Shown: positions 18,099-26,901 of the stretch, piece after piece
Position numbering within the stretch: the first letter of the stretch is position 1
Layout of the letters: each line of letters begins with the position of its first letter
Virus record (IMG/VR): IMGVR_UViG_3300041097_000022
Location: 1-44,417 of that record
Strand: one strand, 5' to 3'
Length of the DNA stretch: 44,417 bases
From: a virus
Lineage: Duplodnaviria; Caudoviricetes
The notes under the pieces: model-generated
The model's database searches: none
Told to the model about the DNA's origin: nothing
The model's input: only the letters and a program-made list of their open reading frames with translations
Program-made: the position numbers and the translations under genes

Positions 18099-18725
18099 AT
18101 GGACAATATTCTTGAAAAAACAAAAGAATTAGCAGAAATGGTTGATGCAATTCAAGATAATGATGAGAAGATCAACATATTGAACCAGGTGCGGGAAATA
18201 CTCCATGAGGTCAGTCCGCTAAAACATCACCCTGTGGATTATGTGCAATGGAAGAAATCGGAGGATGTGGAGGCGAATGAATATAATCCAAATGCAGTTG
18301 CCCCACCTGAGATGAAATTATTAATCCGCTCCATCGAAGAGGACGGATATACCATGCCTATCGTGACTTTTCCCGATACGGATACAATCCGGATCGTGGA
18401 TGGGTTCCACCGACGTAAAGCAGAGCGAACAAGCGAACCAATCCATACATCTACTCTCGGATATATACCGATCTCGATCATCCGCCCGGAGAAACGCGGT
18501 CTCTCTAACCGAATGGCATCAACCATCCGTCACAACCGGGCGCGCGGGACGCACAGTGTGGATTTGATGGTCAATATTGTGGCGGAGTTGACGGAAGCGG
18601 GTATGGGAAATGATTGGATCATGAAACATATTGGAATGGATGCTGATGAGTTGTTGCGCTTGAAACAGATCAGCGGTCTGGCAGCGTTATTTAAGGACCG
18701 GGCTTATTCTAGGGCGTGGGAATAG
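18099..18725 (+). CDS. ibrB: ParB/Srx-like protein (IbrB/YbdM-like)
   Basis: ANEYNPNAVAPPEMKLL..SIEEDGYTMPIV, IVDGFHR, ASTIRHNRARG. Confidence 0.9.
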   Translation: MDNILEKTKELAEMVDAIQDNDEKINILNQVREILHEVSPLKHHPVDYVQWKKSEDVEANEYNPNAVAPPEMKLLIRSIEEDGYTMPIVTFPDTDTIRIVDGFHRRKAERTSEPIHTSTLGYIPISIIRPEKRGLSNRMASTIRHNRARGTHSVDLMVNIVAELTEAGMGNDWIMKHIGMDADELLRLKQISGLAALFKDRAYSRAWE

Positions 18726-18744
18726 ACCACGCGTTCTAAGACTC

Positions 18745-18773
18745 TTGACATTCGAGGAAAAATGTGTTTAAAT
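18745..18773 (+). promoter_or_regulatory. Putative late-operon promoter
   Basis: TTGACA (18745-50), 17 nt, TTAAAT (18768-73) preceded by TG (extended -10). Confidence 0.6.
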
Positions 18774-18780
18774 AAATGCG

Positions 18781-18900
18781 TCCCCTGGGACCATGAGGTC
18801 CCCCACCCATCCTATGAGGGGCGGTTGGCAACAATCGCCCCGAATGGGGAGGCAAAAATAAAATAGCAATTGCGAGCCGATCCTGAGTGATTGGCGGTTT
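18781..18900 (+). ncRNA. Candidate structured leader RNA
   Basis: GGGACC-ATGA-GGTCCC; GGGGCGGTTG-GCAA-CAATCGCCCC; closing TCCCC/GGGGA; GCCGATC-CTGAGT-GATTGGC. Confidence 0.4.
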
Positions 18901-18907
18901 CAGAGAT

Positions 18908-18943
18908 AAGCGCCTGATGTCGTAATGACATCGGGCGCTTTTT
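18908..18943 (+). terminator. Intrinsic terminator in the late leader
   Basis: AAGCGCCTGATGTC-GTAAT-GACATCGGGCGCTT followed by TTT. Confidence 0.75.
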
Positions 18944-18987
18944 GATTAACCCACCCCCGTGAGGGGGAACAAAATAAGGAGTTACCC

Positions 18988-19395
18988 ATGAAAGTCAAAA
19001 CCCGTTTGTTTGTCCTGTTGACCGTCCTGGTCATGGCTGCGATTGCCGTGATGCCTGTTTTTGCGCAGGGCACCGGTCCGGTTGAGCCGCCCGCATCCAG
19101 CCTGGATGTGCCGCTCGAGCTGCAGGCTCTGATCGCAATGGGTATCGGTTACCTGGTGACCCAAGGGCTCAAGTCCATCTCAAAATTGTTGCATGTTGAT
19201 CTGAGCGGATGGGGAGCTGCGATCACCGCATCGATCGTGACCACCGTTATTTATTTCATGAGTGCCCTGTTATCGGCGGTACCTGCCGTGGCACAACCAT
19301 CGGTGGCGATCGGTCTGACATTGCTGGTGGCAATTTTGGGTGCATTCGGCGTCCATGCAACCGTCAAGGGTTTCCAGCCGTTACCAAAGAAATAA
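18988..19395 (+). CDS. Holin-like membrane protein
   Basis: Signal-like N-terminus plus about three TM helices; heads the lysis cassette; TAAGGAG RBS. Confidence 0.6.
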   Translation: MKVKTRLFVLLTVLVMAAIAVMPVFAQGTGPVEPPASSLDVPLELQALIAMGIGYLVTQGLKSISKLLHVDLSGWGAAITASIVTTVIYFMSALLSAVPAVAQPSVAIGLTLLVAILGAFGVHATVKGFQPLPKK

Positions 19396-19435
19396 TGAAT
19401 GGGGCGGGGAGATCTCCGCCCCTAGAGGATTCATT

Positions 19436-19687
19436 ATGGCAAACGGAAACTCAGATGTGTTGCGCGAGATGCGCGAGATCATCCGGGACGGCAAAACGGT
19501 GGACATCGATACACGAGACCGTTTGCTATTTACGGCAATGATCAATCTATCGGACAGATTGGATGCGATCCAACCGATGTTGACATTTTATAGAGTAGCC
19601 ATGTGGTTTGTGACCGGGATCGGCATATCCATTGTGGCGCTGATCGGCGGCATCTTAACCGGCAAGGTCGAGGTCGTTTTCAAATGA
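19436..19687 (+). CDS. Small membrane protein (holin/antiholin-like)
   Basis: Helical N-terminus and one C-terminal TM; directly before the endolysin. Confidence 0.55.
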   Translation: MANGNSDVLREMREIIRDGKTVDIDTRDRLLFTAMINLSDRLDAIQPMLTFYRVAMWFVTGIGISIVALIGGILTGKVEVVFK

Positions 19688-19697
19688 GGACTTTGTA

Positions 19698-20726
19698 ATG
19701 GCATTGATTTTAGGAACAGACCACTCACACTACGATTGGGAAACCCAGGATGGGTTGTATGTTCCCATTGATTACGACACTGCATTCCAGAACGGATCAA
19801 GATTTACTTTCCTGAAAGTCTGCAATGGAGCGGTCGTGCAGTCGCATGCGCTGGATGAGCTGAAGCGCGCGATGGCATCGCCCTTGCTCGCTGCTGCCTA
19901 TAACTGGGTATTTCCCATTGACTACATCACAGCCGACAAACAGGCACAGACCATCTTCGGCGCGCTGGGTGCATTCAAGAAAAGGTTTATGTGGGATTTG
20001 GAGGAGACTGTTCCATACGCACCACGAGATCCGAATGGAAACGATCTGAAGGCGTGCATCCTGGCGTGCTGGAAATTATACCCGGGCTGGGAGATGGGAG
20101 TTTACAGCCGATGGGATTACTGGGTCACCCATGTTGACACCAGTGACCCATTCTGGAAAGAAAATGGTTTTGTGTTTTGGTGGGCAACCGGCGATAGTGA
20201 TCCGCCAGAAATTCCCTGGGATTTTTGGCAGGATGGCGGCTCGCGAGATCCCAAGAAGTGGGGAGTGAAAAACGGCAAGCAGCTCGTGGATACCAATTGG
20301 ACAAATTGGACAATGGAAAAACTGGCGGCATGGTTTGGCGAGGATGTGCCAGTAGAACCAGAACCCGAACCGCCGACGAACGGAGGAAGCATGACCACTT
20401 ACAAAGTGACCGTGAAAGCCGATGCGGCTGGTGAGCCAAATATTCGCGAAACAGGCGGAGCCGTGCTCGGAAGGGATATTGGCAATTTCCATAAGGGACA
20501 GGTCGGCCAGGGAACGGAGCTGCTTGAAGGTCCTGGCTATCGCTGTCTGAAAGTGCTCTCTGGAGCGGATGTGGTTGGCTGGATCTATGACCTATGGCAA
20601 TACAACCCGACCTATGCCCTGATCGAGCAGGTCGTCGAGCCGCCCAGCACGGACCCGGTGAAGACCCATGACATCGATGTTTATTCGGACGGGACGATCT
20701 CCATCGATGGCGGTGCACGGCAATGA
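19698..20726 (+). CDS. Endolysin, GH25 muramidase-like, with Pro-rich linker and SH3-like C-terminal domain
   Basis: GTDHSHY, FTFLKV, WDLEE, GVYS, WDFWQ, VDTNW; PVEPEPEPP linker. Confidence 0.75.
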   Translation: MALILGTDHSHYDWETQDGLYVPIDYDTAFQNGSRFTFLKVCNGAVVQSHALDELKRAMASPLLAAAYNWVFPIDYITADKQAQTIFGALGAFKKRFMWDLEETVPYAPRDPNGNDLKACILACWKLYPGWEMGVYSRWDYWVTHVDTSDPFWKENGFVFWWATGDSDPPEIPWDFWQDGGSRDPKKWGVKNGKQLVDTNWTNWTMEKLAAWFGEDVPVEPEPEPPTNGGSMTTYKVTVKADAAGEPNIRETGGAVLGRDIGNFHKGQVGQGTELLEGPGYRCLKVLSGADVVGWIYDLWQYNPTYALIEQVVEPPSTDPVKTHDIDVYSDGTISIDGGARQ

Positions 20727-21631
20727 CGAGGATTTCCGTTTTTTCGGACGGGTCGCTCGCCGTCACCCAACCAGAGCCGGTTATCAGTCAACCGGTCCCG
20801 CTGATGCCGCCAGGGAAGGCAATTCGATTGGCGAATGATTTCGAATGTAACGATCCGCGGCATAGTGTTGAGGTTGGGTTTTTACCACGTGTCTATGGTA
20901 CGAAGTTCATCCTGCCGCAGGCGTTCAAGTTCCGCTTTTCAGATCGCTGCAAAATGACCTATAGGTGGGCGAAATTATCCTACGATCTGCAAAAGTATTA
21001 TGCACCCAAGCGGTTTATGACCGATCCGCCAGTGTCGGTTGGTCCCAATGACGACTGGCTGATCGGATTTACTCCAAAGGAACGCATGGATATGTGGTAC
21101 TTGCACCTTCACACGCACGACCGATTTATCAATAACGGCGTGGGTTGGAACGCCCCTGGTTACTACGATCCGGTGACCGGATTCGGGACGGGCGATAACC
21201 CGTATGAGCAGGAGGGCGTGACAACCGGGGGAAACTACATGTGGAGCGCTGGCACAGAAGGGAATTACGAGCGTGTCTGGTGTTTGGATTACCTGGCAGA
21301 TCCGCCACCGGTTGAACTGCTGATCCAGCATGGTGCATTTTTCTTATTCCACATAGCCACCCAATGCACACCGGATGTCGTTGACCCAACACCGCGCCCG
21401 GAGATCGATTGCCCGAACGGGATTTTTGAGATCACGCGTTTTCCGCAAGGTGAGGGAAACCTGATTCCTTATCTGTGCCTGTCACGGGAAACGAGTATGC
21501 CGACCATGATGTGGAACGGGCTGAGCCTGCGACAGAACATGATCACGCGCGTGAGGGTCAAATCCTGGCCAGCCGATCCGCGTATCACATATCCATACAT
21601 CCCGGAAAAACCACTGATCGTGGAGACATAG
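20723..21631 (+). CDS. Hypothetical protein in the lysis region
   Basis: 302 aa, ATGA-coupled to the endolysin. Confidence 0.7.
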   Translation: MTRISVFSDGSLAVTQPEPVISQPVPLMPPGKAIRLANDFECNDPRHSVEVGFLPRVYGTKFILPQAFKFRFSDRCKMTYRWAKLSYDLQKYYAPKRFMTDPPVSVGPNDDWLIGFTPKERMDMWYLHLHTHDRFINNGVGWNAPGYYDPVTGFGTGDNPYEQEGVTTGGNYMWSAGTEGNYERVWCLDYLADPPPVELLIQHGAFFLFHIATQCTPDVVDPTPRPEIDCPNGIFEITRFPQGEGNLIPYLCLSRETSMPTMMWNGLSLRQNMITRVRVKSWPADPRITYPYIPEKPLIVET

Positions 21632-21639
21632 GAATCAAC

Positions 21640-22353
21640 ATGAGCAAAGTACGACGCGTGACGCAACTGGAATTCGAGGGATTTGCAATCAGCACAGCTG
21701 AAGCTGAAGAGGCTGAAGGCGGGCAATTGCTATCCGTTGCGGATGTGCGTGCGAAGGAATTCCTGGCACGGGAATTACTGGTATCCCAGGGAAAAATCGG
21801 GGAGGAGGAGGAAATTCCATCCTGGGCGGATGTCTATCACCAGCTCCTGAATGTGGGCGTGCGGGGACGCATTGCGGCATACGTCGCATGGGCAACCATG
21901 CCGAAAAAATATCGCTGGCCGGATACGCAAGAGAAGCTGGCGACCGAGGTGCTAGGTCTGGGCAGCGACCGGGTTATTTCCACCTGGAGGAAACGGTTTC
22001 CGGAGATCGATATGATGATCGCTGACCTGCAGAGCGAAGCGATGTTGGAATATCGACCGGGCGCATTCCACGCATTAGGCATGGTTGCCAGCGATCCGTC
22101 CTACCGGGCAAACCCGGACCGCAAACTATTTTTCGAGATGACACAGGATTACACGCCGCGCATCAAGACCGAGGAAGTGGATGGCAGGGCTGGGAAGAAA
22201 CTACTGGATCAATTGAAGAAGTTGACATCGGCTCAGCTCGTGGAAGCGCTTGGCAGCGAGGCGCATGAATTGATGCAGGAGCTGGAAGAGGAGCTGGATG
22301 AGGATCTGCAGAAGGACTCCAAAAATAATCCAGCCGAAGGGGAAACGGAATGA
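21640..22353 (+). CDS. Terminase small subunit (putative)
   Basis: HTH-like TQEKLATEVLGLGSDRVISTWRKR; directly upstream of and overlapping terL. Confidence 0.65.
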   Translation: MSKVRRVTQLEFEGFAISTAEAEEAEGGQLLSVADVRAKEFLARELLVSQGKIGEEEEIPSWADVYHQLLNVGVRGRIAAYVAWATMPKKYRWPDTQEKLATEVLGLGSDRVISTWRKRFPEIDMMIADLQSEAMLEYRPGAFHALGMVASDPSYRANPDRKLFFEMTQDYTPRIKTEEVDGRAGKKLLDQLKKLTSAQLVEALGSEAHELMQELEEELDEDLQKDSKNNPAEGETE

Positions 22354-23921
22354 GCGAGAAGCGCCAGGCGATCAAGGATGAATTGAAAAGCCGCCTCATG
22401 GCTGAGCGGTCGTTACTGGCATTCTGCAAGTATGTGGACCCCAAGCATCCGACTGAAGCCCGGCATGTACAAGTGTTAACCCAGGCGCTGGAGCAGGTGG
22501 CTGAATATATCCTGAGCGGCGGGCAGAGAGGAATCAACCGCTTGATGGTATTTATGCCACCGAGATATTGGAAGAGCCAGACGGTTTCGAGGAAATTCCC
22601 AGCATGGCTACTTGGAAAAAATCCAGACCTGCGAATCATCTTAACATCCTACGGCGCAGACCTGGCGACCAAACATTCCAAGGCCGTGCGGGATTTGATC
22701 ATGACGGATGCCTATTCGTCTGTGTTCGGACAATTGTCATCCACCGACGAACCCATTGAGCTGGATCCGGAAAGCATGGCATCTGCTGCATGGGAGATCG
22801 CAGATCACAACGGCGGAATGCAGGCTACGGGTGTGGGCGGCGGTATCACAGGTTTTGGTGCGAACCTATTTTTAATCGATGACCCGGTGAAGGGCAGGAA
22901 AGAAGCCCAGAGCGAGACGATCCGGGAGGATGCATACGAGTGGTACAAGTCCACGGCATATACCCGGCTGGAAGATCATGGCGCGATCATCGTCATTATG
23001 ACGAGGTGGGATATCGAGGATCTATCCGGTAATTTGTTGAAGGCGATGGTGAGCGATCCGGAGGCGGATAAGTGGACCGTCATTTGCATGCCAGCCATCG
23101 CACTGGAAAATGATCAATATCCGAAAACACAAGAGGAATTCCAGGAGAACTGCCTGCGTGGAATTTATATCCCAATGAGCGGGGATCAATTGGGACGCCA
23201 GCCAGGCGAACCGCTATGGCAGAAAAAACACGATGTGGAGGCATTGAAGAAAATCGCGGCGAACATGGACAGTTTCGAGTTCACCGCACAATACCAGCAA
23301 ATGCCGAGGCTGGATGTTGGGAACTTCTTTGACGAGGATGATTTCTCAACTGTGGATCGGGCTCCCAAGGGAATGAAGTGGTTTAGATATGTTGACCTGG
23401 CTCTCGGGAAAAACGAGGCGAACGATTTCAATGCGACGGCAGCCGTTGCCATGGACCGGGAGGGAGTGGAATATATCCGGGACATGATCAGAGAACAGAA
23501 CCTGGATTCATTCCTGGGATTAATGCGAGCTGCGATGTTATCAGAGGCAGAGGAGGGGACGATCTGGGGCATCGAGGACAACAATTTCCAAAGTTTGGTG
23601 GTGCAACAATTTTTGAAGGACCGGGCACTGGCAAACGTCCGAATTATCGGCATGACGCGCACGAGCGCAGGCGGGGACAAATTGGAATGGGCGCAGCCGT
23701 GGCGATTACGGGCAAAGCAGGGCAAGGTGAAATTAGTGCGCGCTTTATGGAACCTGGGATTCCTGCGCGAGGCGGCGAGCTTCAGCGCATCATGCAGGCA
23801 TGACGACCAGATCGATACCGTGAGCGGCGGGAACCAGATGATCGCCGAGGATATCAGCGGAGAAGGAACGACATCCAGCGCTCCACCTATTGTGGTGATG
23901 GCAGAAGATATGTTTGCATAA
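22350..23921 (+). CDS. terL: Terminase large subunit
   Basis: MPPRYWKS (Walker A variant), GVGGGITG.GA..FLIDDPVK, MTRW, AQYQQ.P, VDLA, HDDQID. Confidence 0.95.
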   Translation: MSEKRQAIKDELKSRLMAERSLLAFCKYVDPKHPTEARHVQVLTQALEQVAEYILSGGQRGINRLMVFMPPRYWKSQTVSRKFPAWLLGKNPDLRIILTSYGADLATKHSKAVRDLIMTDAYSSVFGQLSSTDEPIELDPESMASAAWEIADHNGGMQATGVGGGITGFGANLFLIDDPVKGRKEAQSETIREDAYEWYKSTAYTRLEDHGAIIVIMTRWDIEDLSGNLLKAMVSDPEADKWTVICMPAIALENDQYPKTQEEFQENCLRGIYIPMSGDQLGRQPGEPLWQKKHDVEALKKIAANMDSFEFTAQYQQMPRLDVGNFFDEDDFSTVDRAPKGMKWFRYVDLALGKNEANDFNATAAVAMDREGVEYIRDMIREQNLDSFLGLMRAAMLSEAEEGTIWGIEDNNFQSLVVQQFLKDRALANVRIIGMTRTSAGGDKLEWAQPWRLRAKQGKVKLVRALWNLGFLREAASFSASCRHDDQIDTVSGGNQMIAEDISGEGTTSSAPPIVVMAEDMFA

Positions 23922-23931
23922 AGGATGAGCC

Positions 23932-24180
23932 ATGAAACCTATTGAGTTCAAAAATGCGAATAAGAACCTGTTGAAGCCCGCTGGCATGACCGATGAAGAA
24001 TGTGGAAGTCTGCCTGTTTATTGTGACGGGAAAGAATGTATTTCGCTTTGGAAAATGACATGGCGCGAGAGATTGTCTGCGCTAATTTTTGGAAAGATCT
24101 GGCTGTTCGTAGTGAGCGGACAGACGCAACCGCCTGTTTCATTGATGGCGATGCGAGAAATATTCGGCAAGGAGAAATAA
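23932..24180 (+). CDS. Small hypothetical protein
   Basis: 82 aa filling the gap between terL and the capsid gene. Confidence 0.7.
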   Translation: MKPIEFKNANKNLLKPAGMTDEECGSLPVYCDGKECISLWKMTWRERLSALIFGKIWLFVVSGQTQPPVSLMAMREIFGKEK

Positions 24181-24181
24181 C

Positions 24182-26833
24182 ATGAAACGAAAAATCAACC
24201 GTGGGAAGGCGCTCGAGGAGCTGGTGAAGGGGAGCATGGATTACACCATGCAAACCATCCGGGATGCATTCAGGGCACAGTTCCCCAGCCCTGAGGTGAA
24301 TTTCTACCTTAACGAAATATTTGCGGATCATGTCATCGTATCCGCATTTGGAATCCCCGATATTCTGAAGGTGGACGAGTATTGGAGAGTGACATACACG
24401 AAGGATGGGGGTTCCTATGTCTTTGCAGCGCGGGAACAGTGGGAGATCGTGGAGTTGACCTACCAACCACAATCCGCATCCCAGGCAATTGCACAGGCTG
24501 AGGAGCGAAAGACCAAGCGGAAGGGGAGCAAGTTCGAGGAACGGATCAATGCGCAGGTGGCTTTGGAGGAACGGGAAGAGGGGAAGCCGCGCAGAATCCG
24601 CATTGATGGAGCAATCACGGCGGACGTTGTCAATGGCAATGGACGCCGATACCCGGGTCCGGTGATCGAAGCGGCGGTCGCAGAGCTGCGCGGCCATCTG
24701 AACGAGAGCGCCGGACAGGGACGAGCGATTCAGGTTTTAGGCGAGGCAGAACATCCGTCTGATAAGGGCGGGCGTCCGAACCTGCTGGAGACCGTGACGA
24801 AATGGGAAGAGGTTTCATTCGACGGTCAGCGCGTGGATGTGACGGGGCGCATCCTGGAGACCAGCAAGGGCAAGGACATCCTGACTCTTATGGAAGGCGG
24901 CGTGATGCCCGGCGTGAGCCTGCGTGGCTATGGTGAAGGCAAAAACGTCAAGACCGGTGCGGAGAAGGTTTTCGAGGTGACGGAGCTGCACATCACAGGT
25001 TTCGACCTGGTGCTGGAGCCGTCGTTCGAGAATTCCGCGATGCTGGTCGAATCTCAAAGTCAACCTGTATTGGAGGATCAAATGACTCTTGAAGAGCTGT
25101 TGAAGCTCCTGAAAGAACACCCCGAGGCATTCGAGGGCATGAACGAAGCCCAGTTGAAGAAACTGGGTGAAGCCCAATTGAAGGCGCTGGAGGAGAAAGT
25201 CCGAGAGGCGCTGGGCATCGATGCGAAGGCGAATATCGCCGAGTCGTTGAAGGCTCTCACCGCGAAGGCGCAGAAATTTGACGAGAGCCAGAAACAGGCT
25301 GAGGTCAAGGCTGCCATCGAAGAGGCTTGCAAGGACCTGCCGTTTGGCGAGAAGCTGAACAAGCAGTTCGCAGACGCATTAACCGAAGCGGCTCCGAAGA
25401 CCGCGGAGGAAGTCAAGGCGCTGGCAGAATCAAAGCGCAAGGAATACGGCAAGATCGCGGCCGAGTTGAAGCTGGGCAAGATGGGCTTCCAGGAGGGGCG
25501 CATCAGCGGTGTGGCTCCCGTGATCGAGCGCGAGGGCGGCGTGCCGGAATTTGCACGAGGTTCGTTCGAGCTGAGCGAATCGATCCGAAAGTTCGAGATG
25601 CGATCCAAGAGCGCCATCAAAGAGCGCGAAGAATCGCCCGCGAGCGTCTACACCCAATTGCTGCTGGAGCGCTTCGACAAGATGTATATGCGTGAGCTCC
25701 TCAACGAATCGAAGCTGCTGCAGGAGGCCGAACTGACCACCGACCTAAACCTGCCGTACAGCGTCTCACGCGCGATCATCGAAGAGGCGTTCCCCAACCT
25801 GGTGGCTGCCAACATCTTCGATGTGGGTGTGATCGAAACCAGCCCGACGCGTCTTTACTTCGAAGCGACGACTGGGGAGACCGGCTACAGCGCGAGCGTC
25901 ACGGATGAGGTCGTCACTGGCGGGGCTGAAGACACATGGTACAGCCTGGATTATGGACGCGTCACCCCGGGGACCGTTGTGGTGACGAGCAACCCGGCTG
26001 GCACAACCTATGTCGAGGGCACGGATTACGTGATCGACTATGCGGCTGGGCGGATCAAGTTCCTGACTGCCGGAAGCATCAATGCCAATGATGTCTTAGT
26101 GGATTACAGCTATACCGCAATCCGCAAGGGCGAGAACACCCCCATCGAGCGCGTGAAGACCTCGCTCTCCTACAAGACCATCGAAGCCGCGGCTGACCGC
26201 CTGGCTGATCAGATCTCGCGCGAGGCGATCGTATTCTCCCGCTCGCAGCTTGGCTGGGATGCAGTTGCCCGCACGATGGCAAACCTGGTGCGCCAGATGC
26301 GCCGCAAGATCGACCAGGGGCTGCTGTATATGGCATTCTCAGCGGTCAAGGCTGTGGCGTCCAACTCCACAACCGCCTGGACGGTTGGGACCACCCAGAC
26401 CGATTACGACACGCTTGTCCGCCTGATGGGCAATGCGGCTGTGATCGTGGCGAAGCGGTTCTATGAGCCGACATTCTTCCTGGGATCGATCACAAATACC
26501 GACCGCCTGAGCAACTGGGAAGGCTTCAAGCGCGATGGTTTCCCGCAGGCATTGCTCAATGCAGCCGGTTTCGCGGGCATGGTCAAGAACAAGCCAATCT
26601 TCTCCAGCACGGAATTCCCGGACACCTTATGGATCGCGGGCAACCGCGAGCTGGTGCAGCACCGCGTGTTCCAGCCGATGACGATCAAGGGACCGTTCCC
26701 CACGTACGATGTGAGCGGCGGAACCTCCAAGCTGGTCGCGGCGGATCAGTATTATGCGGAGGAATTCAACGTGACCGAATCGCCCGTGAACGAGAAGGGC
26801 GCATTCGTGCCTGTTGAAGAGGCGGCTTCCTAA
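24182..26833 (+). CDS. Fused prohead protease - scaffold - major capsid protein with Ig-like insertion
   Basis: Protease motifs NGNGRRYP, LGEAEHP, GVSLRGYG, FDLV.EPS; Ala/Glu/Lys-rich helical middle; capsid-like C-half; TYVEGTDYVIDYAAGRI beta-insertion; strong codon bias. Confidence 0.85.
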   Translation: MKRKINRGKALEELVKGSMDYTMQTIRDAFRAQFPSPEVNFYLNEIFADHVIVSAFGIPDILKVDEYWRVTYTKDGGSYVFAAREQWEIVELTYQPQSASQAIAQAEERKTKRKGSKFEERINAQVALEEREEGKPRRIRIDGAITADVVNGNGRRYPGPVIEAAVAELRGHLNESAGQGRAIQVLGEAEHPSDKGGRPNLLETVTKWEEVSFDGQRVDVTGRILETSKGKDILTLMEGGVMPGVSLRGYGEGKNVKTGAEKVFEVTELHITGFDLVLEPSFENSAMLVESQSQPVLEDQMTLEELLKLLKEHPEAFEGMNEAQLKKLGEAQLKALEEKVREALGIDAKANIAESLKALTAKAQKFDESQKQAEVKAAIEEACKDLPFGEKLNKQFADALTEAAPKTAEEVKALAESKRKEYGKIAAELKLGKMGFQEGRISGVAPVIEREGGVPEFARGSFELSESIRKFEMRSKSAIKEREESPASVYTQLLLERFDKMYMRELLNESKLLQEAELTTDLNLPYSVSRAIIEEAFPNLVAANIFDVGVIETSPTRLYFEATTGETGYSASVTDEVVTGGAEDTWYSLDYGRVTPGTVVVTSNPAGTTYVEGTDYVIDYAAGRIKFLTAGSINANDVLVDYSYTAIRKGENTPIERVKTSLSYKTIEAAADRLADQISREAIVFSRSQLGWDAVARTMANLVRQMRRKIDQGLLYMAFSAVKAVASNSTTAWTVGTTQTDYDTLVRLMGNAAVIVAKRFYEPTFFLGSITNTDRLSNWEGFKRDGFPQALLNAAGFAGMVKNKPIFSSTEFPDTLWIAGNRELVQHRVFQPMTIKGPFPTYDVSGGTSKLVAADQYYAEEFNVTESPVNEKGAFVPVEEAAS

Positions 26834-26854
26834 GCCCATCCAAATTGTGACAAC

Positions 26855-26890
26855 ATTTCCCCAGATATCCGAAAGGGTATCTGGGGAAAT
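26855..26890 (+). other. 16-bp stem-loop with GAAA tetraloop after the capsid gene
   Basis: ATTTCCCCAGATATCC-GAAA-GGGTATCTGGGGAAAT; no U-tract. Confidence 0.7.
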
Positions 26891-26901
26891 CATGGAGAAA
26901 A

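Noticed and set aside
18781-18850. Hammerhead or HDV-like ribozyme (CCTATGA-stem-CGAAT; ending CGAATGGGGA)
   Set aside because: Core deviates from CUGANGA/GAAA, and a convincing HDV P1/P4 could not be built; kept only as a generic structured leader
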